64,000 bases of DNA, taken from positions 16,843 to 80,842 of the IMG/VR virus record IMGVR_UViG_3300025870_000008; one strand, given 5' to 3'. This DNA comes from a virus. Each line of letters opens with the position of its first letter. The first letter of the stretch is position 1. The notes under the pieces were generated by a model. That model did not search any database, was not told the DNA's origin, and saw only the letters and a list, made by a program, of their open reading frames with translations. Shown piece after piece: positions 35,101 to 44,236 of the stretch. The position numbers were made by a program, and so were the translations under genes.

Positions 35101-38100
35101 TAAAAAATTAAGCATTGAAACGGTTAAAAAAGGCATGGGTGGAGAATTTCAGAAGATGTGGTTGGAAAACTATTTCAAAAAAGGTCTATCGGGGGATTAT
35201 AAAATGCTAATGAGAATGGGTTATGATCAAGACCAGCTTTTAAAACTAAGGAAGCATTACACAAGAGGTGGAAAAATAAATATAAAAACTTTGTCCAAAG
35301 GTTTTATTCCAAACTTTGGTAAGACATTGGCAACAAGTCGTGGTGCTATAACCGCCCAGCAAATAAATAGATTAAAAGAGGGAAAGCTTATTAATAATAA
35401 AAAAACTGGAGAAAAACTTTATTTAAATCAATTTACTCCAGATGAGCAAACCGCAATTAAAACGTTTAAAGCTGCTAATAGTAAAGAAGCAATAGCTCAA
35501 AAAGAACAACGAGCAAAAAAGGCAAAAAATCAATTGAAAACGATTGACGCTTCAAGGCAAGCAACAATGCTTGTTGCTACAAAAAATTTCAGACAAAAAG
35601 TAGATACAACAACTCAGTCTGGAGAAAATAAAGTCCGACTAAAATATAGAGTAGAAGGAATCAAGGGTCAGAAAATAGGCGATCAAGAAACTGCATTAAG
35701 GAATAAAGCTGAAAAGTTTATGTTGAACCAAGCTCATTTAACCGCAATGAAAATGGCTGGAACTGGACAATTTGCGGCAAACACACCTATGCCTACTAAG
35801 GTTGCGAATGCTGGCAGTATAGGCTCTGCAGCTGGATCAATTTTTGAAACAGCTGTGCAATCAATTGGTAAGAACTCACTGTTTACTAAAAATAATGCAA
35901 CATTTGACATTCAGGGATTTCCAGATAATTCATTAAAGAATTTATTTGGATATTATAGTCCTTTTGCGGACGCAAAAATCGGACTAACCCCAGGAACTAA
36001 AGCTGATTTTAATAAAAAACTGCTAAGTTTACCAGAGATTAAACAGAAAATCACAGGAAAACAAAGGAGAGAGCAGGGAGGAGTGGCTTTAAAATCTAGG
36101 AAGAATTTATCGAAAGGGTACATACCTAACTTTTCAAAATTTGCAGACTTCAGAGGTACGAGCGGACTAGTGGGAGGTACGGCTTTAGCTGGTTTGTTTG
36201 CCGCAAACACCTATGAAGGAATGGGGGACGACCCTGGAACAGCAGCGTTAATGTCCTCGCTTATGTTTGGGGCGGGATCTTTTGGAGGTATTAAATCTGG
36301 AGATAAATTAAAAAGCATGTACGAAAATGATTATAAAAGATACAGCTCAACAATAGGCAATGTAACATATGATTTTTATAAAAAAGATCATTTAGAATAC
36401 AATAAATTATCAAAAGATGTTAATCAGAGAATTAGAGCGGCAAACGAAAACTTGATATCTGTTTTATCTGGAAGAACAGAAGGGGGAAATCTAGATGTAT
36501 CAAATATAGAAAAAGAAATACAAGAGCTTAAAAAAGAAAAACAGGCTATAGATAAGAAATATATTAAAAAAAGCGCTGGAGTTAAATCCGCTAGATTTAA
36601 CCCAAGAATGATGTCGTTAATGAAAAAAAATGGAAGTAGGGGAAGACGTGGAAATATGTCTAAGGGTTATTTGCCAAACTATTCAAGTAAACCTTGGATG
36701 AGCAGCAAGCAGTTTGCGAGATTCAGCGGAAGTGTCGGTGGTTTTAACAAGCATGTAGTTCAATCAAAAGTGGGGTCTATAACAAGCTCACCATTGAGAT
36801 CTCCTGGTAGAGATAAATTGTTTTCATTTTCTAGAAGAAGACAAAAAGAATCACTAGGAAATATAAAACAATATATAAACTCAGATTTTTTTAGATCTTT
36901 AGACCCAGATATACAATCAAGAGTTGTGAAGTTTTACAACAAAAGAATGTCTAGTTTTAAGACAAATCAGCAGCCTGAATACTTAAAGGACAATGCTAGA
37001 TCTAATGCTAGAACAATGAACTTTGGAAGGGGGTATGTACCAAATTATGCAAACCCTTTAATGGATGCTCTATCTAGGGAAAAAGGAGCTTTAAGCGCTA
37101 GAGGTATTTCTTCTAGTGCTATTAGGGTAGAGCAGAGCTCTAAACTAAAAAGCTCGATGAATCCAGAAGGTTTGGCTGTCACAAATAAAATAGATGAACC
37201 CTTGGGTGTTGACCAAGGCATATCAAGAGCGAAGAGAATAGGGGTAGACCCTAAAACTCATGGGGTGACACCAAATTTCGCCGTTTTCCCCGCGCTTATC
37301 CCGCTTTTAAAGCCGTTGGTAAGCGGTTTAAGTACTGCAGTTATGCTTGGAGTTGGGCCGCTACTAAAAGCTCTTAAAGGTACAGGTAAATTTGTTAAAA
37401 ACCAAGGATCAAAAACTATAGGGGGGATGGGCGAAATGGGTGCAATGGAAATGGGTTTAATGTTTGGGGGTCCGATGATGGCGGAAATGTTGAAGAATGG
37501 TAGGGGTGAAGGACAATTGCCTGGATCTACAGGTGTAGCAACAGATACTCTAGAATATGCATCAATGGGAGCCTTACTGGGCAAACGAGGAATGATTGCG
37601 GGTGCTGCTGGTGGTGCATTAGCAGGACTATCAAGAATGTCAGAAAGAGATCTTCAAGTAGAAGCATTTGAAAAAATAATAAAACAAAAAGAAAAATTAG
37701 ATAAATCATTGCAAAATTCTCAAGCTATTCAAAATTATGCAACTGGAGTAGTTGGGTTAAACGAAGCTTTGAAAAAAGGAGATTTCGAGGGAGTTGCCAA
37801 GGCTCAAAATATGATTTATGAGGCTATGAGTAATGCAAGTGATCCAGAATTAATAAAGAAGTTTGGGGATTTACAAAATTCGTCAAAAACTGCTGAAGAA
37901 AAATTACAAGCTCTAAGTAAAGAAATGGATAATCTAGGAAAAAGAGCGAACAACTTAAAGGGTCTAATCGGAATTACTGAAGATTTGCCAACACAAAAAA
38001 GTTCTGGAGATGATTTAAGCCTAGGGGATAGAGCTCAGGAAGTCGCAACTCAGGTTGGAGCTAGGCTTTGGTCCGCGACTAAAGATGTAGTTGATTTAGA

Positions 38101-40585
38101 ATTTGGTGGTATATTTGATAGAGCAAATAAAGCGGGAAATGAGGTCGCGGCGAGTAATACCGATAGGGACGCTTTCGTCGGAGAGGGTGGGGAAGAGAAG
38201 CGCACAAGTATTACAAATAAATTATTAGATTCCTTAAAAAATAGAATTAAAACAGAAGAAGGAGAAAGAACCGCATCTAGATTGAGTGGAAAGAATACCA
38301 CCAGTAAATTAACAAGCGATTTAGGCACTACAGAAAAGCTTAGAAATTTGCTACTCAAAAGAGTTGAAAATGAGTCGAAAGGAGTTAGCGACCCAGATTC
38401 CTTAAAGAGAGAAATAAGGAACATGCAAGATTCAGATTTTGAATTTGGTGCTATTGGGGATAAAATTAAAGATATCGCAGATTGGGATATAGATGTTACT
38501 GATAAAGTAAATTTATTAAACCAAGAAATTAAACATTTAAGTGACACGATAAAGGTTACAAGCGGATTAATTGGAAAGTCTCAAAAAGAGATTAAAGATG
38601 GGATGAGCACGGACATGGCAGTTAAAGCAGCTTCAGAAGTTGTAAAAAACTTAAATATAGCCGAAGAGACCAGAAAAGAGATTGAACATCTAACAAGTGG
38701 AAAAATTTCAGATCCGACAGCAGAATTTAAAAACCAAGAAGATGTAAGATCGATTCAAAGATCTAAGACTATAAAAGAGTTAGGTAAAGAAGACAAAAAA
38801 AGTGCGAACAATTTAATGAACGAACTAGCTAACTCAAAAACATTACGAGCGCTCTTCAAAAAACGAGGTGGAGAAGAATCTGATAGAGCTAATACGCTTG
38901 CTCAAACTTCACTTTCATCTGTAGGTCAACAATCAGAGCTTGAAAAAAAATCTAATAATGCATACGAAAAAGTAAAGTCTCAATTTGAACAAATGAAGAG
39001 TTCTCAAAGGCTTTTCGATGAAATGCAAGCTAACTATAAACAAGGGTCTTCGTTAAGAGATTTTGAAAACGATACAAGAAATCAAGCGAAAGTAAGCGCG
39101 AACGATTTTATGACTTCAAGAGGTTATCTTTCTGAGCGTAAATATGTAGATAGATCAAGTAAAATTCAAAAAGATTCAGTACTTCAAAACCAATCGAACA
39201 AACTAAACGATCAGCTATTAAATTTGGCATCTTCATTTACAAATATGTCATCATTGTTTGACCCCTCAAACTCACAAAGAACAGAGTTAGGGCTAGGGAA
39301 GGAACCTGGTAGAAAAGGTCTTGGTAAATTTGAAGACGAAGAGCAAAAAAGACTCAAAGGTGAAAGCCAGGAAATAGCAGTAATTATGCGGCAATTTGCT
39401 CAAGATAATCAAGATGGGAATATAACTTTATCAGAAACCAAAGGGGTAATTGAAAAATTAAAAATGATCGGAGAAAAAGGAAACTTGATAGCTCAAACAT
39501 CCTATAATCTAGAAAAAGCAAATGGAAGAGAAACGATAGCTCAATTAAATAGAATTGCGTTGGAATCTTTAGTGGCTCAGGCTAGAGCAGCTAGCAGTAG
39601 ATTAGAACGTCAAGGCGGCGAAATACTTGGACCACAAGCTCGAAAAGCGAACACTGAATTCAGTATGAAAGGAACTAAGAATATGCCAGAGATGGAAGCG
39701 ACTGCTAGGTCTATAACATGGGATGTAAGAAATAATCAACGTCCATCTATGAATAATGATGTATTTGATAATAAAGACCCTGGTGCAGAAACTACAGGGT
39801 CGATGGGGGCAGAGGCTATTAATGCATTTAGAAAATTAGCGGCTACACTTGGCGTGAACGAAACAATGTTCACAGGGATGAATGAAGATATGGCTAATTA
39901 TATAATATCCTTAGAAAATGCAAATAATTGGTTTAGTGACTTGCAGAAATTTGACCCAGAGTCAGCTGAAAAATTAAGACCAATATTTGAAAAACTAAAA
40001 CAAAATTTAGATGAAGATTTGAAAACCACACAAAATTTTGCTGCAAATTTAAAAGAAATAGCTGATAAAACAGGTAATATAAACCCTGAAGACTTGAAAG
40101 ACCCAATGGACAAATTAGGTCAAACGATATCAAATAAATTAGACGCTGGTATTAATATAGTGAATATGGAGGCCAATATAACAACCCCTTTGACCTCAAT
40201 AAAAGAAGCGATAATAACTCAAACAGAAGAGATTATTAAACTGCAAGAAGGAAAGAGTAAAGGTGATGAAGGTGGTGAAGGTGGTGAAGGTGGTGAAGGG
40301 GTAGATTTTAAAGCGCTAGCCGCATCAGTAACTACTTTTTCTGAATCCATAAATCAATTATCGGATTTCCCAAAAACATTAGTGGACACATTAAGTGGGT
40401 TGGCAATCAAACACGAGGTGACTGGTGGTATAAAATTTGATTTTAATTCTGATGTGGTAAGAGGGCAGTTAACTCCAGTAATGATGGAAACATTAAAAAA
40501 TCTACTTCAAGATGGAGTAATTTTAGATTACTTGGCAAACGCCTTAGCCCCAAGAATACAATTAAGAACTCAAGTCGAACCTTAA
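32189..40585 (+). CDS. tail tape measure protein with inserted domains
   Basis: 2798 aa; N-terminal TP901-type TMP core (ELARQG...LAEAISRAG..A...G..GNGFKSIFTR); central part segmented by GxxPNF motifs. Confidence 0.9.
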   Translation: MSVIQIPTSSTGFKESIVRDARAAQAAVNRMQMTPQLNPKGMVQPLGKITNAASEFQKSMDASAARVFAFGAAVGVINGISDAFKGMVLATAQVEKSLKDIQVVMEVSDQAMRKFGDGLFDVARNTATSLKDVAESATELARQGLSAEETLARVNSALVLSRLSGLDAVKSTETLTAAINSFNKEGITHEQIVNRMANVDAAFAVSSADLAEAISRAGAVAQSSGVSFNELSAVITAVQQRTARGGSVIGNGFKSIFTRIKRSGVRESLEEIGVATKNLDGSFRSGMDVILDYADVYKTLSDSQKAYTSEQLAGVYQIQNLQALLQDLNSGFSIYNKALGVANNTTNEAVQRNEQLNTTLDALFKQTTLSSQELAASIGDLALSGNFKEILKFLDSLAQKLNSLFSDEGGSDIAKNLIRGIGSFLTGPGMVILGAAFIKIFGLVTKFAKEAFADILGLNSETKRQQSLQAAIGQILSSNAGIYQKILAAGSNTAKQEQIILNIIKQETAERLKQEALIKRISAGSRLAGIGASDAGFVPMGKRPSRNQGKRALGMASGFLPAFARESRDIYKGVGGARKTDSPVSTKIKTTPGKTEDVVVNTGEWIVRNYEGSGADAVFNRNMAKAYGLPNGSQKVNAASGIIPNFSKGGFGSGKTISYTARQLGGSGNMGAISKISKYADLSDKFTGKVKIERMPQNNSYFEKKAALLKDKLIQRDSGQKDGRVKYAVNQDYKKFLERRYKGLIDNGVYRGIFTSAENIAKQPAYSGKQPAKTRNLFASLVAKSKGLVGESKGRFYLAGKPGSQKASYIKGNDPFDITVESMTSKGQRRFKKYEQKTKNEQNITAVLKKGASSFLDNLINRQQKSGRQAIGIKDGNFQNINLTQGSAAMFRGGLNMLVPKDTKIKNSPLKKDKGYTIQKNQDPGQGQFGFLNASSGYVPNFVDRRNKYQKIKDVLADPANKNIKFNSPTFKKLSIETVKKGMGGEFQKMWLENYFKKGLSGDYKMLMRMGYDQDQLLKLRKHYTRGGKINIKTLSKGFIPNFGKTLATSRGAITAQQINRLKEGKLINNKKTGEKLYLNQFTPDEQTAIKTFKAANSKEAIAQKEQRAKKAKNQLKTIDASRQATMLVATKNFRQKVDTTTQSGENKVRLKYRVEGIKGQKIGDQETALRNKAEKFMLNQAHLTAMKMAGTGQFAANTPMPTKVANAGSIGSAAGSIFETAVQSIGKNSLFTKNNATFDIQGFPDNSLKNLFGYYSPFADAKIGLTPGTKADFNKKLLSLPEIKQKITGKQRREQGGVALKSRKNLSKGYIPNFSKFADFRGTSGLVGGTALAGLFAANTYEGMGDDPGTAALMSSLMFGAGSFGGIKSGDKLKSMYENDYKRYSSTIGNVTYDFYKKDHLEYNKLSKDVNQRIRAANENLISVLSGRTEGGNLDVSNIEKEIQELKKEKQAIDKKYIKKSAGVKSARFNPRMMSLMKKNGSRGRRGNMSKGYLPNYSSKPWMSSKQFARFSGSVGGFNKHVVQSKVGSITSSPLRSPGRDKLFSFSRRRQKESLGNIKQYINSDFFRSLDPDIQSRVVKFYNKRMSSFKTNQQPEYLKDNARSNARTMNFGRGYVPNYANPLMDALSREKGALSARGISSSAIRVEQSSKLKSSMNPEGLAVTNKIDEPLGVDQGISRAKRIGVDPKTHGVTPNFAVFPALIPLLKPLVSGLSTAVMLGVGPLLKALKGTGKFVKNQGSKTIGGMGEMGAMEMGLMFGGPMMAEMLKNGRGEGQLPGSTGVATDTLEYASMGALLGKRGMIAGAAGGALAGLSRMSERDLQVEAFEKIIKQKEKLDKSLQNSQAIQNYATGVVGLNEALKKGDFEGVAKAQNMIYEAMSNASDPELIKKFGDLQNSSKTAEEKLQALSKEMDNLGKRANNLKGLIGITEDLPTQKSSGDDLSLGDRAQEVATQVGARLWSATKDVVDLEFGGIFDRANKAGNEVAASNTDRDAFVGEGGEEKRTSITNKLLDSLKNRIKTEEGERTASRLSGKNTTSKLTSDLGTTEKLRNLLLKRVENESKGVSDPDSLKREIRNMQDSDFEFGAIGDKIKDIADWDIDVTDKVNLLNQEIKHLSDTIKVTSGLIGKSQKEIKDGMSTDMAVKAASEVVKNLNIAEETRKEIEHLTSGKISDPTAEFKNQEDVRSIQRSKTIKELGKEDKKSANNLMNELANSKTLRALFKKRGGEESDRANTLAQTSLSSVGQQSELEKKSNNAYEKVKSQFEQMKSSQRLFDEMQANYKQGSSLRDFENDTRNQAKVSANDFMTSRGYLSERKYVDRSSKIQKDSVLQNQSNKLNDQLLNLASSFTNMSSLFDPSNSQRTELGLGKEPGRKGLGKFEDEEQKRLKGESQEIAVIMRQFAQDNQDGNITLSETKGVIEKLKMIGEKGNLIAQTSYNLEKANGRETIAQLNRIALESLVAQARAASSRLERQGGEILGPQARKANTEFSMKGTKNMPEMEATARSITWDVRNNQRPSMNNDVFDNKDPGAETTGSMGAEAINAFRKLAATLGVNETMFTGMNEDMANYIISLENANNWFSDLQKFDPESAEKLRPIFEKLKQNLDEDLKTTQNFAANLKEIADKTGNINPEDLKDPMDKLGQTISNKLDAGINIVNMEANITTPLTSIKEAIITQTEEIIKLQEGKSKGDEGGEGGEGGEGVDFKALAASVTTFSESINQLSDFPKTLVDTLSGLAIKHEVTGGIKFDFNSDVVRGQLTPVMMETLKNLLQDGVILDYLANALAPRIQLRTQVEP

Positions 40586-40597
40586 TAATAAATTCAT

Positions 40598-43500
40598 ATG
40601 AATTTTAATAATGTAAATATACTAGGAATATCATATCAAAAAATTGATTTCGATTCTAATTATGTATTTCAAAAAAAGAAAGCTATTACTTTAAGTGGAA
40701 ATTTTTTAGATTTAGGAAACGATAGTGGAGTAAAAAATATTATTGAAGCTTATAGCGATTTAATCGAAATTGAAAACGCCTTAAATTTAACAGACTCATC
40801 CATAACCCATAACCTTCAGGAAATTTTTATTAATAGTGTTTCTTATGGAGAAGGTACTGTAGAAAGCATTGCTATATCTGGGGAACACATACAAACAGCG
40901 GAGTTTCAAGCAAGTTTGATTTTTGTTGAAGAGGGAGATTTAAGTAAAATATTAATATCTAAAAATTCTTCTAGTAGTGAAAGTTTTAACTCGTCAGGTT
41001 TAACAAACGAGGATTTGAAATATTTAGATTCTTTTGATGAAAATTTTAGTTTTGGAATTTCTGGATCTCAACGATCCGTAGGTCATGAAATAAGCTGCTC
41101 GTTTAAAAAAAGAAAATCTTTAATACCTTATAGAAAAAACGTATGGAGCAACTCTTCAATACAAAACTCTAAGTTAAAAAATTTAAATAATAAAGGCAAG
41201 GGTTCCATTAAGGTTTTAAACGGAGAAACCGCTAGTCATCAAATTTTTCTGGAATCTGGGGATTACATATTGGAGCTAGAATACCTTGGGCAGGATTCAG
41301 ACGTATGGGGCCAAGCAAGTGTGCAATGCGAAAGTAAGACAGAAAATTTACCAGATATATACTCTCATAGAGAAATACAATTTAATGTAGATGTAGACAA
41401 GAATGTAAATATAAATTTAATCGCGAATACTACTAGCGATACTTTTTTTGATAATATTAAACTATTCAAAAAAAGCGAAATGCCTTTAGAAAAGGCGAGG
41501 CAATTTGTAAATTTTATTTTCTCAGAATCTCCAGAATACCCAATAATAAGTGATCAATTTGGAGAAAACTATTCAGATGTAAGTTTATACGAAAGGTTAA
41601 ATTCAGAGGAGTCGTTTGATAGTATAAATAACTCGTACTCTGTTGCTAAAAGCCTGCAGTATAACGAAACAGACTCTACAAAACAATACTCAAGGAGACT
41701 TTCTTCTTCTATTAATTTTGAAGGCAATGGTGTTGCTACTATTAAGGAATCTATAGAAATTAAAATCTTAAAAGAGAAAACCGACACAAAATTAAAAAAT
41801 TTTTTACAGCTAGAATTATCTGGTTCCAGGGCAAGAGGTCAAGCTTTACTCGATGAATACGGGCAGTTAAATGTGGTAACATGCCCAACTCCAACAATCA
41901 CTGAGTTAATAGAAGGTCTGTTTGGTTTTTCGGAATCTTTGAGCGTACAATACGATTTTGATTCAGGTTTAGCAAGTGCAGAAATTTCTTATTCTAATAA
42001 TCAAGAAAATGAAATCTACTCAGGCTCAGCATTTAAGGTTACACAATCTAGGATGATTGAGTTTAATGGAGGGTTTGAGATTGTTAGGTTGTCTGGTAAT
42101 ATTGTTGGTAAAGGCGACGATATTATAACTAGAAATAACCACGCTAAGAAAGGATTACAGTTTATTGTAGAGGGCACCAACTCGACACTGAGAGAGATAG
42201 AAGGTAGATATAAATTAGACTATTATTCAACCCCAACGAAAACTTCCACGGAAATACAAACCAAGTTGTTGGAGACAAATAAAACTCTATCATTTGATGA
42301 CGTAAGTGGGGTCATATCTTATTCTTACTCTTTTAGTAATGAGAGGGGTGTTGTTGATTTACCTGAAGACCAAAAAGACAGAGTAAAAAAATATGAAATT
42401 AAAATAAGTCATCAAAATAGAATTAATTTATTTAACGAGTTTTCAATAAATTGCTTGAGGATAGCTCAGGTTATGGGAGACTTGTTTTCTCCAAAAGTTA
42501 CAACGGTAGAAATATTAGTAAATGGTAGGGCTGGCACCACGTTACAAATGCTAAAACAAAGCGCTGTAAGTATATTGGGGCACAAGAATTTGTTGTTTGG
42601 AGAAATATCAAAAGGCGTAAAAGATGATGTTATAAATAGTAATGAAAATAAATTTTTAGTAGACGAAAGTTATTCTTATGACCCGACAGAAAATAGATTA
42701 AGTTACAGCAGATCGATATTAGATGTATCAGATTGCCCAACTTCAAACATAGGTGATGGATACCCGTGGACATACGAAGCAGATTTCGAAGAACCGACGG
42801 AGCCAACCAGAACCAGCTTTGAATATCAGCCTATAGAATATAATTTTAAAGAAACTCCGAGTGAAAGCGGGTTTGTGTTAGATCCAGATGACTACGAAAT
42901 AGAATATCCAGAACCAACTTTGACGGATTTCTACTCTGAAGAAGTGCCACCGCCTACATTTTTAACATCTCCAGCTGTTACTCGAACTAGTTTCCCTGAA
43001 ACCACGCAAACACCAACAATCAGCGAAAGTCCAGAAGCTAACGATTCAGAAGATAGGTTGGTTGAAGTTTTTGTGCCAGAAGATTGGAATAAGACTATTA
43101 GTGAACTAGTTCCAGGGGGCACAATAATATCAGGAAGAAGATGTTTTGACGAAAGCGGAGGGCCGAATAATTTAATTCAAAATATTATTTCCACCTCTTA
43201 TGCTTTTTCAACGGTAGTTAGAGATTGCATAAGAGGTGGAAGTGGTCAACCTTGGTACAGTTTTACATTTTCTATACCAAGAGATCAAGGTTTCACTCCG
43301 CCGTACAGTGATAACTGTCAGTTTTTTAATGTGACAGTTCCAGATTTTTATGATGAAAATTTAAACTGTTTATTAAAGGAGAATGGTGTTTGTATAGGAG
43401 ATAGTAGTAACTTAATTGGATATCACATCGCTCCTGGAACTTTTATATATAGTGATTTATATACTAGTGAAACATTTATTATAGCCGCTCAAACATATAA

Positions 43501-44227
43501 TAATAACCACCCTTATTTTAATAAAGGGGAGGTTGTTAATGGAGAGGTAAGTTTTCAAATATGTAAAGATGATAAAAGTGGAATAGTTAAAACCGAACAG
43601 GTTATACAAACAGTTTCGATACCATTTAACTCTGGTAAGACAGTAGTTCAAGAAATTATAGATGGAGTACAGGGTTGGCAGGCGGGTAAGTGTTACGAAA
43701 TGATAGGTTTAAAAGATTGCAGTTCAGGAGTGAGATTTAATTTAAACGACAGAAGGTACTATAAGGGAGATGTTTTAGATAGATGCGGAGAGTTATCTTT
43801 TAATGATTTAGTTACAGATGTTTATGTTAGAGAATTTTCATGCTCTTCAACAGTGTTAGATGAAAGTGTAATATATGATTACGAATCTCCAGTTACACCA
43901 ACGAGCACAGTCACTGAAACAGCTACGGTTACACCAACAGTCACTATAACTACAACAGCAACCCCAACAGTTACAATAACCACAACGATTACAGAAACAG
44001 AAACAATAGATTGTAGTGGTTGCTTTGCTTATTATGATTCTGATTGGGAAGATTATAGTAATACCAATTGCTTTGATGGAGTTCCAACTTGTTCAGACCC
44101 ATGTGCGTGTTCAGTTGTGTTAAATGATAATGGTAACCCAGACGGATTTTTTGGGGGTGGAACAGGGCCTACTTTATCATGTTGTGACGACGAGGTGAGA
44201 GGAGATAATGATTGCAACACATGTTAG
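40598..44227 (+). CDS. tail-tip/baseplate-region protein with Thr-rich and Cys-rich C-terminus
   Basis: Follows TMP; beta-rich; Thr repeat at about 43885-44005. Confidence 0.65.
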   Translation: MNFNNVNILGISYQKIDFDSNYVFQKKKAITLSGNFLDLGNDSGVKNIIEAYSDLIEIENALNLTDSSITHNLQEIFINSVSYGEGTVESIAISGEHIQTAEFQASLIFVEEGDLSKILISKNSSSSESFNSSGLTNEDLKYLDSFDENFSFGISGSQRSVGHEISCSFKKRKSLIPYRKNVWSNSSIQNSKLKNLNNKGKGSIKVLNGETASHQIFLESGDYILELEYLGQDSDVWGQASVQCESKTENLPDIYSHREIQFNVDVDKNVNINLIANTTSDTFFDNIKLFKKSEMPLEKARQFVNFIFSESPEYPIISDQFGENYSDVSLYERLNSEESFDSINNSYSVAKSLQYNETDSTKQYSRRLSSSINFEGNGVATIKESIEIKILKEKTDTKLKNFLQLELSGSRARGQALLDEYGQLNVVTCPTPTITELIEGLFGFSESLSVQYDFDSGLASAEISYSNNQENEIYSGSAFKVTQSRMIEFNGGFEIVRLSGNIVGKGDDIITRNNHAKKGLQFIVEGTNSTLREIEGRYKLDYYSTPTKTSTEIQTKLLETNKTLSFDDVSGVISYSYSFSNERGVVDLPEDQKDRVKKYEIKISHQNRINLFNEFSINCLRIAQVMGDLFSPKVTTVEILVNGRAGTTLQMLKQSAVSILGHKNLLFGEISKGVKDDVINSNENKFLVDESYSYDPTENRLSYSRSILDVSDCPTSNIGDGYPWTYEADFEEPTEPTRTSFEYQPIEYNFKETPSESGFVLDPDDYEIEYPEPTLTDFYSEEVPPPTFLTSPAVTRTSFPETTQTPTISESPEANDSEDRLVEVFVPEDWNKTISELVPGGTIISGRRCFDESGGPNNLIQNIISTSYAFSTVVRDCIRGGSGQPWYSFTFSIPRDQGFTPPYSDNCQFFNVTVPDFYDENLNCLLKENGVCIGDSSNLIGYHIAPGTFIYSDLYTSETFIIAAQTYNNNHPYFNKGEVVNGEVSFQICKDDKSGIVKTEQVIQTVSIPFNSGKTVVQEIIDGVQGWQAGKCYEMIGLKDCSSGVRFNLNDRRYYKGDVLDRCGELSFNDLVTDVYVREFSCSSTVLDESVIYDYESPVTPTSTVTETATVTPTVTITTTATPTVTITTTITETETIDCSGCFAYYDSDWEDYSNTNCFDGVPTCSDPCACSVVLNDNGNPDGFFGGGTGPTLSCCDDEVRGDNDCNTC

Positions 44228-44236
44228 AATAAAAAA

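Noticed and set aside
40260-40300. (GGTGAAGGT)n repeat in the TMP C-terminus
   Set aside because: Simple GEG low-complexity linker.
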